DNA from: Lingula anatina
Lineage: Eukaryota > Animalia > Brachiopoda
Length of the DNA: 64,000 bases
NCBI GenBank assembly: GCA_051362555.1
Contig: CM120649.1
Location: 11,780,001-11,844,000, forward strand
Direction of reading: 5' to 3'
Shown: piece by piece, positions 26,101 through 39,531 of the stretch
Layout: every line of letters starts with the position of its first letter
How positions within the stretch are numbered: the first letter of the stretch is position 1
Made by a program: the position numbers and the translations under genes
Notes under the pieces: model-generated
Told to the model about the DNA's origin: nothing
The model's input: only the letters and a program-made list of their open reading frames with translations
Databases searched by the model: none

Positions 26101-29100
26101 TTGGCAACAAGTTCACCCAAGGACAGATAGGGGCTGGGTTCAGAGGCTTCAGTGAGGGTCATTTTTTCATCTGAAGCTGTAAGTTCTGAGGCTGGGTCAC
26201 TGGTCATATTTGCCCTCAATTTCCCTAATGCTGCATCTTGCCTCCTCTGTACAAGTGCCAGGTTAACTTGGATGGCCTCCCTGAGGTGGTTGACTGATGC
26301 AGTGGAGGATGTCTTTGTCAGATTACGTCCATACACATAGCCAGACTTCTTCTGTTTTAACTTCAAATCAAGGAGAGATGTTCCTGTTTGTGCACCAATA
26401 TCTTGAGTGACCTTCAGTGGCTTGTGCTGGTCTTCATCAAATTTCTTCTCCAAACTGTGTAGAGAAACTGTCTGCACAGATGCCTGTATATGATCCTTCA
26501 ACTGGTACTGCTCACCACTCAGTTGTATGTAGTTGCTCAATTCATCCTCCCATACATTCTCCTGATAGGACCAGTCTTCTATAACTGGAAACACTGCCAG
26601 CATTTGTCTCACTCTTGTGAAGATGGAATTCTTAACTCCAGCACTATTCCCTTCTAACTGGGCCAAAATGTAAACCGCATCTTCCCCAATCTCATCAAAT
26701 AGAATGTTTGCATCAAACAGAATGCCTGCTCTTCCTGCCTTGGTCTCCTCTCGGCACAGTACCGGTGCACTTTGGCGGTTGGTCATGAAGCCCATTACCT
26801 TGTTTTGCCAACTTAAAATGTTGTCTTTAGTTGGCACCTGCACTGACTGGTATTCTGCAGGTACATCCCTTGTGTTCCCCATCATTACATTGAGCATGTC
26901 ATGGATGAGTCCATTGATAAATCTTGTGGCTCGCCCCTCACATTCTGGCAAGGTAACTGGTTCCCTTTCTTTCTTGTCTGATGGAACCTTGTCATCCGTG
27001 TGGGAGGTTTTTGAGGACATCACATGAACTAAAGATTTTGCCAATAAAGATTTCAACTTGAGGGCAGATTTTAGTCCATGGGGCACCTTGGTCTTCTTGG
27101 CATTTCTGTTCTGAAAATATCCAATATCAGATGGAGCCAATGATCCCACAAATCCTCTCCTTGCAGCCCACTGGGGACTTATCTTCAAAAGTCTTTTCAT
27201 CCATGTATTCTGCTCACTCTCTGGTAAGTCAGACAGTTTCTCATCTGGGAACCATGTACTGCTTGAATCATCTTCTCCATCACTAAAAGATTCCCCTTCC
27301 TCAATCATGTACTTTAGTTGTGACTTGGCCACTCCCATATAAGCAAAAAGCCCTTCCACAATGTCCCTTAGAGTTGACTCTTGTCCTCTGGCTGGAGGGT
27401 GTGTACATTCTAGCTGAACATCTTCCCCATACTTACAATACCAGTGACATAAATAGGGATCTTTAGGGGACATTGCTCTCTTACACAGAAAACAATTAGG
27501 CCGAGCATCCAGCTCTTCTTGGCTTAGGTTGGTCATCATCTTTTTACGATACTCTGCACTCAGTCTCCTGTTAAACCATTCATGCCATTCCTTGTTCTCC
27601 TTCTTATCACGTCTATTTTCAGGTTTCTTGCCCTCATCAAGCATCTCCAGGACCCAGGCAGGATTGATCCTCATCATTTCCCACAGCCAGTACTCACACT
27701 CAACTGGTCTCATCTCATTCAACTTCTTTTGTGGGAATGTTGTACCTTTACCATTCACCAGTGTTGGGTCGGGCAACTTCATGAAGCCATAGAGAGATTT
27801 AACTTCTTCCTGCAGGGTTGCATCTTGACCAGAGATGGGAGGTGTAGCCAAGCCAATCTCAACAGCACGCTCATATTTACACAACCAGTGGTAAGGGTAT
27901 GGATATTTCATATCTACTGGCCTCTTACATAGAATGCACAAAGGCTTGATACCAGCATCTAGATGTTTCTGCTCCAGAACTGACATCATTGTTCTTGGAC
28001 ATGTTTGAAGAGGTGCTTTGGCTGGGTTCACACCTGTTCCTTTGGATGTTTTGCTGTCATCTTCAGTGGCATTTTGTTGTGGTTTGTTCTTGCCACCCTT
28101 TTTGCTAGGCTTTCTGGCATTACGGTTGTTCTTGTCTTTCTTAGGCAGCTTCTGGCGATTTTTTGGTGGCCTCTTCGTCTTTTGTTTCTTTCCATTTGAA
28201 GACTGTTCCTGCTGATCCAGAGGGATTTCCTGAAAGGCAGCGTCCCCAGAGAGAGGTACCTCACCAAACCATTTTCCAGTCATTAAAGGAATGTCACCAA
28301 AAATAATGTCATCAGGTGACAGTTGAAGCTCTTTATCCTCTTGGCTGGGCTTTGGCTATAAAGGTGTATAGGTTTTGATAAATATGAAGTAATTCATTTG
28401 CAATAATTTTGTTATAAAGTTATAATATAAGAACTAACGGTCATTCATAAAGTAATATATGTTTAAATTGTAGGGAAAAAATTCATAAACATCATTTTTT
28501 AATCTTTATATGAAAATTCTTGGCTGATAAATAGTTGCTGGAATAATCTGGTAAGGAAAGCTTTTAAAGCATCTTTTCCATTTCTGTTTCACTTGTTATA
28601 AAAGTAATTTACCTCTCTCTCTGTCTCTGCAACACCTGTTATACTGGAATAAAATTCAGTAAACAGAATTAAGAAAATGCTTTGCAATATCATTCAGTAT
28701 TTCTGAAAGATAAGTGATTTTTTAAATCAACTATCCATTGTTATTTCAACCTTTACATGGTATGGCCTCAGTTGATTACAAATTATAAAATAACACATTA
28801 CTATAATTGTATGCTAAACAGGTGAATGGTTAAAACTTATATAATATTAAATCAACTATGCATATTAAAAACCTCCAAAAAGAGCATCTGATTCAATTAT
28901 TCTAGTAAAAATAAAATTGGTAAAAGTGATCTTACTTTGTGGCCCCTTGGCCTCCAGTGGCACCACCCTGTTCACTATTGCCAGCGTCACTTGCATTACT
29001 GGCAGCACTGCTACTACAAGAGGCAGTATTGTTGTTGTTTCTATTTCCTTTGAAAATATACACCTCTGAAGAGGATCTTGACCTGCAACATATACAGCTA

Positions 29101-32100
29101 TGAAAATCTGAATCAATTTCTTTCATGGTGAAAATATACTACCAGTTAAAAAAAAATAACTCTGAGCTATAAAAGAATGTTCATTGTAAAATTTAATAAT
29201 AACCTTTTAATGCTGCCACATATCTCCCCTGCATTATCATTAAGAATCTGACTTCTGCTCTTAGTGGGGATACTGGATAATAGTTTGGGAGCCACATCAA
29301 TCCGGCTTTTAAAAGGGGAAGCACTGGAGTCTTTGGAGTGTAAATGCTGAACTTGGTTGGCACCCAAGGTTTGAGCTGAAACAATTTCATTTATATAACG
29401 TGAATAACATTATAACATTCAAATTAAATAAACATACTATTAAACATACCACACCAACAAACCACTACTTACTTGCCAAAATTGTTATATTTCTATATTT
29501 TTAATTGTGTTTTATATTTTTATGTTTCTTTCATCAATTTTCAATGATAATAACTTCTTTCATCACCTTTTAATAAACCTTGTGTCTTTTTCTTCTTAAT
29601 ATGGTGGGCCTTTCTTTGATTTTTTTTGGTGACCACCTTGTGCTGTACTGAGGAGGACTTTCCTGTAAAAATATCCTGGCACAGTTCCTCAGATCTTATG
29701 TTGCCCAGGACAATTTCACACAAGCAATTTATAAGGCAGATGATGGTGTTGATCAGAAAGGTGAAGAAGAATATGTTAGCTGTCAACTCTACAGCAATTT
29801 GGCTGCTGATGGTCAGGAGGGCTGTTTCCACTAACATATTTCCAAGTAAAGAATTGCCAACTGCAGAAAACAGCATCACAAGAGTGAGGGGCCTGGACAG
29901 TACTTTGTTGGAATCCTGTCCACTTCCAAAAAATGGATAAATCCATCGATGATACTGACGGAAGAAACATAACATGGAGCTCCACACCAAACTGAAATAA
30001 ACATGCAAACACATAAAAAATGCTCATCATAACTGTTCAACATAAAAAGCATGAAAAAACATGCAAAACAACACTTATTTTAAAAAATTGTTTCCATTTA
30101 AGAAAATTACATTTAAATTAATTTTTTTTCATTTATCAATACATCATAATATCTGGAGATTCTTGCATCTAAAATACCCCACCTGAATTTAGCAAATTTA
30201 AGTTTATTTCAAGAATTTTAGCATAAGTTTTTTATTGTAACGAACTTATATACAGCTGCAGGTCCTCTTTAAATTGTGATTTTTATCAATTTTCAGTCAA
30301 TGTAACATATTTGTGTCATTCCACAAAAAAAAAAAAAAAAAAAAGGTGACACACATTTTGTTGCTATTTAGACACATTTGCCCCAGGAACTGCCCAATCT
30401 CCAGGTGCACTGATATATTCCCAAGTGCTCATGCACATCCATGATGAAAAATATATCAAACACCAAAGTTTCAGGTTCCTCACTCTAATGGCAAAGCAGA
30501 TAGCAGAATTAAAATGTGAAAAGAATTTAGCATCATCCACCACGGGCAGCCCAAGCCCCAGGCACAGTAAAAATCCAAATTGCCCATGCACATCCCTAAT
30601 GATAGGTCTATCAATAGGGATACGAGACCATGCTATTTTTAATAACACACGAGATTAAGTAAACTGGGTCCACAAGATGTTGCCTGTTGTAACTGGGCAT
30701 TTCAGCCCCCACGCATATACTGCCACCAATGGTTGTGGTGACAGAGAATTCTTTATTTTTCTATGTAGCCGCTTATATTATTTATTTAATAGACACATAT
30801 GATATAAATACAACATCCATCAAGGAATGGATTGTTGTGCTTGAAAAAAAGTCGCATGGTGACAAATAGGTTCATGGACTAAGGGAATACCCTTGTCACA
30901 TTCCTCAGATATCTACATTTACTACATTTGCTGAGCCAGATATCTACATTTACTACAGTCATATCACAGAAAGATCAGTGTGATCATCCAAGACTTCTAT
31001 GTGCCAAATACCATGTGCTGTCAAAATATGGCAAACACATGTGACCTGTTCACCTAAGTACATGGCAAAACTGATTTGTGAACAAAAATTAAATAATGTA
31101 ATGTTTTTATTCAATTTTCGGTCTTTTTTCTTATTTATTTAAGAATTGTATAAATCCCTCAATTAGATAATTCAAAGGTATTGTTTTTGCTTTCCTGGGA
31201 AGGGTGGGGGTTGTCTTGGGGGGGGGGGGGGGGGAGATTGTCTTAGAATCAAATAAATTGTTCACTTTTTTTTTTGTGGAATGACCTATCATTTTATATA
31301 AACTTCTTGTTTCAATGTTTATTTCTACATTGTGCTTTCTTCTTTTCTCATATCATTCATTAATACATGTATGATCAGGTCAACAGTGGCACTTACAGCA
31401 CTCAAAATAATGACTATTAAGTTACTTACCAAAATGTTCTGCCAGCATCTGCCAAGGCCAGGGTATGTGTTGCAGGGCCTTCCTTACTTCTGCGCTGAGG
31501 TTTCAGCCATTTATTGCAGGAAAACAGCCACTCTCGATCAGCTTGAGGGTCTGACACAATGACAGAGTCTAAATGCCTAAAATTATGACAAAATAATTAT
31601 TTGAAATTTGATATAACGCCTAATCATAGCTGAAGTGCCGAACATATTTGAGATAAATATTTGTGGTGTTTTTAAATTTAAAACTGTTTATTACACCCAC
31701 TTCTCATGACCTACTCATCTCACTACAGGCTGGGGGTTCTGCTTATGTCATGTTCTTACATGCTATTAATGTTACGTATTCGATGACACAATAATTTAAC
31801 AAATACAAATATCATTAAATACTAGTTAGCAAGACACCAATTCTTTTTATCTTGCAAATGAACATACCATTTCCCTTTGACTCCATGTCCTTCTTGAGTT
31901 ATCAGCACATGGGACAGTTCTCCAAGGGGAACTGAAGTTAAAAATTACACAAAACTTCATGTTCAAAACTGCCTTATATCAATATTATTTGTCAAAACAC
32001 TCACATATTAATCTTAGTCAGATTCAGAAACATTCATCTGCAGTATTATATTGCATTACCACTCTTACATGAAGCATTTTTATTTTAATAACTTCCAAAG

Positions 32101-34305
32101 TTCAGATAAAATTATTACTCACCAGTACTGTAAACTAAAAACATGGTTTCCTTGCCCCTAGAGAAGACCTTCTGCTTGGTCCCATAGTCTCTCAGTAAAT
32201 ATTCTGGTGACTTCAAATGCTTGGAGCACAGCTCCATTTTGATATTTGCATTGGTTCCTGCATCTAAAATAAAAAACATAAATTATCTAATTAATTAATT
32301 AAATGAAAAAAAAACAGTACTTAAGTCTTTCATAGTCATTCATTCAAAATGCTGGCAGATTAAACTCCATTTTTAATTATTATCCATAAAAATCTGACAA
32401 AAATTATCTATTTTTCACAAATCAAAATAAACTGTACAGTCATTTTATTGTCTAATTCTTATAAATCAAAATAACATTGTTCAACTGTCCTTACATAAAT
32501 TTATGACAAATTAAATAAATAAATCAACAAACTACTGAATTCTACTTCATTCCATAAAAGACAATTATTGTCATAAACATGGTCTCAGCTAATGATAATA
32601 TCTGTTATAAATAATAAATAATGATGATAAAAAGTTTCCTAATATATATCTTTAATCTGTCTTGCAAAAACTATATTTTTTCCATTAGGTTAAAAATCAC
32701 TTACTTTTTTTAAGTCCAGTCTTTACTGTAATAATGTATGCATAGTGTCCATCGAGATTAGGGACAGCAATAATTTTTGACTGAAAAAAATGCATTTTCT
32801 TAAGTAAATGCAAGAAGAGGCTGCTGATATGTTATCATGATACTGGAATAAATAAATCTTTCAACCTTAATGAAGGCATCATAGCATATATATCAATTGA
32901 AACTTAAGTCTTCAAATAAAATATAACAAATACTTAGTAAGTAAAAAGTAAAAAAGAAAACCATTGGATGAGAAAGGGGTAGCTATTAATACCTTTGTCT
33001 TAATACGATGATGCACTATAGCAAAACACCCAACAAAGAATATAAAGATGAGAGCCAGAATATAATGAATGGTAAATCCAACTGACTCAAAGCTAGGTGG
33101 AGGAATGTGTATAAAGGTGTGGAGTAGCCTCCTATCAACAGCCATTCCCATCTTGGGAGGACTGAGAACTAAAAGAAGGTAGAAAATAAAAGAAAATGAG
33201 GAAAAAGAATGAAGAAAGTGTTAGTCAGTAAGCTTAAAACAAAAAAAAAGGAACATACCTGAAACAAATTTTGACAGTGGGCTTTGATGTATGAACTGAG
33301 CATCTCTGGACTAACAATAGAGCTAGTGAGCTTTAACTTCTAAGAGTCGCAAGAGTTACCTACTAGTATTATCATGTACAATTTCATTGAATCACGATGT
33401 CAATGATTTAGCTGCCTTACCTCTGGCTTGCAATGGTGGTATTGTGCTGTCATCTATTCTTGGTGGGAAGGTACTTGATGTTCTCACACTTCTTGCAATT
33501 CTCACAGAGGAGTAGGACTGAAGAAGTTTCTTCATAATATCAGCCCCATGCTGACCCAAGAAAGATCCAACCCCAGCACCAGAGGGTGAGGAAGTTCCTG
33601 TATCAAGAGTTAAATCATATATCATTACTAATGACATGAACAAAAAAAATTAAATAAATAAATAAATAAAAATAAAAACTGTGTTGTCAAATTGAATTTG
33701 CTTAAGTTACACCTACTAGTATAGGTAATTAGCAAATTAAAAGCAGGTATAATAGCAATGAAGTTAGGAGAAATTGTGACTAAACACAATGTCATTTGTA
33801 CAGTTTTTAGACACAGGGCAAATCTCTCTATCTCTTTCTCTCTCTCTCTCTCTCGCTCTCTCTCTCTCCAGTCCCCTCTCACCCCCCCCCCCCCCCCTTG
33901 GAACGGTTAACACTCAAAACTTACAAAAACTGGGTAAAAAATTTAGCACCTCAAAGAGAGTGAATTTTCTTTCATTGCAAGCCATTAGTAAGATGTAAGC
34001 ATAGGCTAAAAACAACAAACAATTAAACATTTTGCCCACACACACAAAACTGAATTTACGCATTTGTGATAAGCAACAATACCAAGACTAAAATCACTGA
34101 GATTTGGTGTCCAAAGTGCGTGGAGGCAGTTCTTATGGACGTATTTCCGTTTTATATAAAATGAAAGTCACATGGCTAGCAAAAGAGCTGTGAGTTAGTC
34201 AAATGATTAGATTTTGAAAATTCAAAAGTTACCTTCTTGGACTGTAATCGCCAAAACCAAAAATGTCAACAAACAGTTGACAACGGTCCGGCTCATCATC
34301 TTCAT
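21226..34305 (-). CDS. Atypical polycystin-1 (PKD1-like) family protein: signal peptide, TM1, PLAT/LH2, TM2-3, very long loop, TM4-5; about 20 exons
   Basis: Exon 34305-34233 MKMMSRTVVNCLLTFLVLAITVQE (signal). Exon ~33168-32993 TM1 ILALIFIFFVGCFAIV. PLAT over four in-frame exons ~32781-31430: YAYIITVKTG-NAGTNANIKMEL-FSRG-LGELSHVLI-WHLDSVIVSD-WLFSCNKWL. Exon from ~29991 HRWIYPFF plus two TMs. Large exons ~28357-25825 and ~22671-21818. Last exon FPHWVKY..TAIYG..WL..SLLEDFFIFQPIK matches the PKD1-family TM4-TM5 signature. Confidence 0.8.
22987..23566 (-). repeat. Tandemly duplicated 81-nt exon (23566-23486 and 23067-22987)
   Basis: Both copies encode GQPTWGELRADISSSLRFEDDFVTAGT with intact AG/GT ends, phase 1-1; one synonymous difference. 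Confidence 0.9.
30315..31285. mobile_element. ~970-bp TIR-bounded non-autonomous DNA transposon in a PKD1-like intron
   Basis: gtcattccac(a)n at the left end and (t)n gtggaatgac at the right end; host exons on either side splice in frame without it. Confidence 0.6.
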
Positions 34306-34739
34306 CGCTTTGCTGTATTAAATCCGAAATTCCAGTGTTCCACCGAACATCTTTAAACGATCTGTGTTTTAAAAGCAACAATTTGCACTGAAATTAATGT
34401 AATAAACTATCAATAAACTCAGTAAAACTCGAATCAATCGCAGAGTAGTTATCTCGACTGCCGTCGTAACTTTCTCGTCGAGACGTCTGCTCTTTTATGA
34501 CGTCAAAATACATATGGCGAAATCGAGGCTAGTTGTGTCTGGATGTGATGATAAACCCTCTTTTTCACCAGAAAAGAATATTTTCCTTCAAATTAAGAGA
34601 TTTGGATAATTTCATCCAAGTAAACTGACCGTTTGCCAAAATCAGACATATAAATAATTACAATTTATCCACATATATCACATTTACTGTTGTGGATGCT
34701 GTCATACACAAGTGCCATCTAGCGGCTAAAATGGGAAAC

Positions 34740-34793
<54 letters not shown>

Positions 34794-35104
34794 TTTTTGA
34801 TATTTATTTATTTATATTTATTTATTCATGTCTGATATACACGCTTTTGAGAGATATATTCAATCAATTCAGGGCGAAATTCCCCCTCAACCATTTATTC
34901 AAGATCATCAATAGGGCCTATCCAAATTGCACAAGTAGGAGCTACACTTGGGTTATATTAATTACATGAAAGGCCATGAAATGAGTCGAGTGCACAAGCA
35001 AGCGACTCCGTTAGAATTAATTTACAAGTTTGGAGGTTATGTTTGTGAACTGAACACTAGGATGTACAAATCGGTGTACGATTTCAGGGGCGGATGTACG
35101 GTTT

Positions 35105-35333
35105 CAGGGGCGGATCCAGGATTTTTTGAAGGGTGGGGGGTGGGGTTCAGAGGGCCCCAAATATCTATTTCAGAGGGCGAACAGTGTCATTTGGTCCGGT
35201 TTAGATCTGTGTTTCAGCTGGTCAAAATTCTAAATTCAAGAGGGAAGTATTAGTGAGATTTTTTTCAGAAATCGAAGAGGGGGGGTCAGACCCCCCCCCC
35301 CCCCCCAACACCCCACCCCAAAATCCGCCACTG
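35105..35333. mobile_element. hAT-type MITE; a second 3' end at ~35510-35574
   Basis: TIRs caggggcggat / atccgccactg with G- and C-rich subterminal runs. Confidence 0.6.
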
Positions 35334-38300
35334 CGTCAGTGGTGGAAATTAAACTCTTTATCTCAGTCGTCAACGTAGGCCTACTTTATACGGGAGCATT
35401 GATAATTATCTAAATGCATAAAGCGGATGGGGTGTGAAGATGACCCGATATATCGTTCTTAGTTTATCATTTCCCGGACTTTATCGATGTTAAGTGTGAT
35501 TTTCTTTTCAGAGGTCTAGAGGGGAGCCCGGGGTCAGTACCCCCTGACCCCCCCCCCCCCCTAAATCCGCCACTGTATGGCTGTCCCTAGAGGGTGAATG
35601 CTTTTTTTCACATTCTAATTTTTGCCAAATGTATCTTCTTCTAGACCATGCATCGCAGTGAAGATTTAGAACGTGGAATTTTGGGCATTGATATTTTGCT
35701 ACAGTAGGTATACTAGTAGGCTTACTTGTATCATCATGTATGTCATTTGCCTTACGAGATTATATAGTGCTACGTACTGTGTGTGTGGAACTGTCCCTGG
35801 GGGTTGGTGTCTCTTTTTTTTCTCACAAAAACAATTTTATATCTATGCTTTTAAATAGCCAAGCAAGAGAGTAGATTTCTTACGTTGTTATCATAATAAT
35901 GCTTATTATCAATAGTCAATGCTTAGGCAGTGGTAGTGGGATCCATGGGGTGGAAAGTAATTAATCTTTTTTTTACACGTGTTTTGTTTTCTCCCCACGA
36001 GTTTATAATAGATTAAACTCACATGCCATAATTTATCATATTTTATTTTTTTGGAAACGACAATATTTAGGAGCGTGGGAGCCCTAGGGACGCAACAAAC
36101 CCTTTGGATTGGATAATTCTATTTTTCACATAAAGATTTTTTCATCGATATGTTTAAAAAGCCCACCCCCCACCACCACTTGGCGAGAATTTTTGAAAAT
36201 AGAAAATCGTGCCTCACAGATAGCGTGAAACTAATAAGGTAAATTACTTGACAGGGATTTTATTTTTTGTTTCATTTGAAAAAAATATATAATTTTTGTG
36301 ATCAAGGATAAATAAGTAACTTTATTATAATACCACAAAGAAAAATGCAGGGTAAAGTATAGGATTGCCATGACGCTTATTATAGCCTTTAACCTAAATT
36401 CAACTTATGTAGGCCTACATATAGGCCTATCTCTGTTCGATCAGCATGTGCTAAGGGTACAAAACCGCGTTTTGCAGACCTCTCTGTATAAAATAAGGTA
36501 TTTAATGTAGATCTCGAATTTTGACCTGTTTTTGTCAAAAATTGTCGGAAGAAAAAATTCCCGTCCAACACGCACCACACAGGCAGATCATGACCCTTAC
36601 TTGTGTTTACAAATAGTGATCCCTTAAATTTTAATTTAAATTTCATTTCAGTATATGTGACAGAAGATTATATTGCCAGGCGAAGTTTTACGTACTAAAA
36701 CATTAATAATTTACGCCTATGCAGGTGTGTGAAACGTTCGAGTTGATGGCTTTTCCAGCGATTTTTATCTTTGGCGCGAATTCTATGCATTTCTGGCATG
36801 AATTTCTCTTATTTATGGGTTATTCAGTTGCTTGATTTACACTCCTATAAAATTGAACAGAGACTATTTTAAGCCCCTAGTGAGGATCTAATCATGGAAG
36901 TATATCTAGATCTATCTATCTATCTATCTATCTATCTACGATATAATTCCCTGATCTAATTCACGATTCCATACATAATTGTAGCTGGACAGTAAATTGC
37001 ATATAGAATTAGCTAGTTGGCATATTTGTGAATGTCTAGTGAGACCCTCCAAGCCAAGCCTCATGCATTTCGCTGCAAGTGCAGTGAAATAAATTTCATG
37101 ATCAATTTGTAAAGCTACCGCGGTATAGCCGAAAATTAACCAAGAGATCAACAAGTCATACCTGACGATTCAAAATATTTCATTGTTATTTTGTACTTGA
37201 ATTACGGAAAAACTACCTGTACATTTAATGGCCGAGTGCTCCTAGATATTATATTTATATTTTAAAGTCAAACATTTAGAAGGTAGACGGATGAAGATTG
37301 TATATGGGAGTAATAAACAGATATGCAGCTACAGGGTTTTTTTTTTGTCAACTATTTTTCAACTTTGTACATTTTATTCAATCTCTATAGATAGATCAAT
37401 TTGACTACCCACGAAAACATACTTTTTTCTTTCAACAGAGTTTTCTGCAAATGTTTACAATGACAAGCGCAGTGAACTTCAATTAAACGCCGCTGTAGTT
37501 CAATCATGAAGTTTTCAATGATGAACAACCTGTCTTGCGTCAGTTCTGAAGCTCAAACTAGACCACAACCTATTTAACAAAACAGCTGATGTTTTTTTTT
37601 TTTTTTTTTTTTCCTCAACTTTTTCTTTTGCGGGTACTTTCATGTTAACTAAACGGTAACATTCACAGAAACGTGGGCTTGCCTGAATAAACGACATCAA
37701 AGAAACTCTCATTCATTAAAACCAAGTTTGTTTGTTAAACAGCATATTAAATTATTGACGACACTGGTTTATCTTTCATAATTACAGTTTGTGGGTATAC
37801 GGAGAATTTCCAATTCAGAGTTGTTTGTCACAGTTTTGTGTTTACGAACACACGTGCGCATTTCTCACGTGGTTATGTGTTCAATCACTGCGCGTGTGTA
37901 CGATGTCAACAATGCAGCAATGACCTCAGTGATAAAAATAAAGGAAGTCAAGAAAACTTGCGGGTTCATCACATGAAATTGTTCCAGCGGGTTTACTCCG
38001 GCTGGGGGCGTGATATGTACTTATATATACATTGCCAAATACACTTTGAATTTCAGTTGTGCTGCGGGGGGAATAAATAAAAGTATAGGTATTTATTCAG
38101 TCTTCTTTACTAAGATTCCTCGACTCAGGAGAAAGTGTTCAGTGGTATGTATACAGTTTAACTCTTCATTCACACTACTGAGACGAGGTGAGTCAAGCTG
38201 TGTTATAAATTTTATAAAAAAGATTTCTCTTAGGTTACAAGCAGCTTAAATGGCATTGATTTTATTGAAAAAAGTATTTCATTTGTATTATTCACTTTCA

Positions 38301-38701
38301 TGTAGGATCTGTGTAGATTTATATATTCTATAATGAATAATGTGAACATACTGCATATTTGAACATCTGTCGGTTAAATAATTTCACTTATATGGTTTAC
38401 ATATTCGTGGTGTGCGTGGGCTCTTTTATGTGTAGGAGTGCATGTTTTAAGTGAGTTGCATGAATGGTATGTCAATTCTGGTAGAATGAGTACACGTGAT
38501 CTACCGTATACGTGGGTGGATGGAAGTGAATTTGATAATGCATTATATAGTATAACTGATATATTTGTAGTTAAGTTATCCCTATTAGTTTGCAACAACG
38601 AAAGACTTAGATTTGATACGTCAGTACGAATTGCTATACCTATACTTAGAATATGTCTGTGCGATGTAAATTTATTTTCTGCCGTATATACATATGCGAA
38701 A

Positions 38702-38763
<62 letters not shown>

Positions 38764-39531
38764 CAGTGTCTCTTTGTGAGTAAGTGAGAGAGTGAGTGAG
38801 AGTGATTTTTATTAAGTTATTTATCAATTTTGTATTTTTTGTTGAGATATGCAATAAAAAAAAGTAAATAAAATAAAAATAAAAGAATAGGAACGTAATT
38901 AAGGACATTGGTTGCTCTGTGTCTTCCCAGATGTCGTTAGATAAATGGAGCTCGCTCAATTAATTGTAACGAATTGTTCGAATTCAGCGAAAGAGATCTG
39001 AACTAAAGGTGAGGAGGTTTTAATCATTTATTTGTTCGTTTATTTATTTTGTTTTTCTTCTTTTGTTTCTCTCGAATTTTCTTCACGCCTAATCGCAGGT
39101 TGTTGTTTAATAGAATATCATTAGTGGTATTTGGTATACATGTTTAATCAAGATTTATTCCAGGATGTTGGAGTAACATAGGTTGATTTGTTGTCTTTTT
39201 CTCACTTTTGTCGTCGGGAGGCAAACTTAACACTCAGATATTAAATATTATTGTTTGTTGTTTGCATCTTTAAGTCTAGTTAATAGACCTATCATTGCTT
39301 TTGAGTAAACAATTAAAAAAACAAATTGTAGCTCTGTAGATTACTAATCTGACAAGTATTTTTCACCCTGTTTGCCAGTAAAACTAGAAAGAAAAAAAGT
39401 TGTTATTCCTTATTCGGTCGCCTTTTCATTTCCATTTTGTAAAGTAAAAAAGCCAGGACATGTTGTACCTAAATTGAATTTCTCATCTATGTTTCAGATT
39501 TTTGACAGTTCGTCCCATCTTGCGTTTCATT

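Noticed and set aside
30364-30658. ORFs inside the PKD1-like gene as extra exons
   Set aside because: They lie within a TIR-bounded insertion, and the flanking exons join in frame without them.
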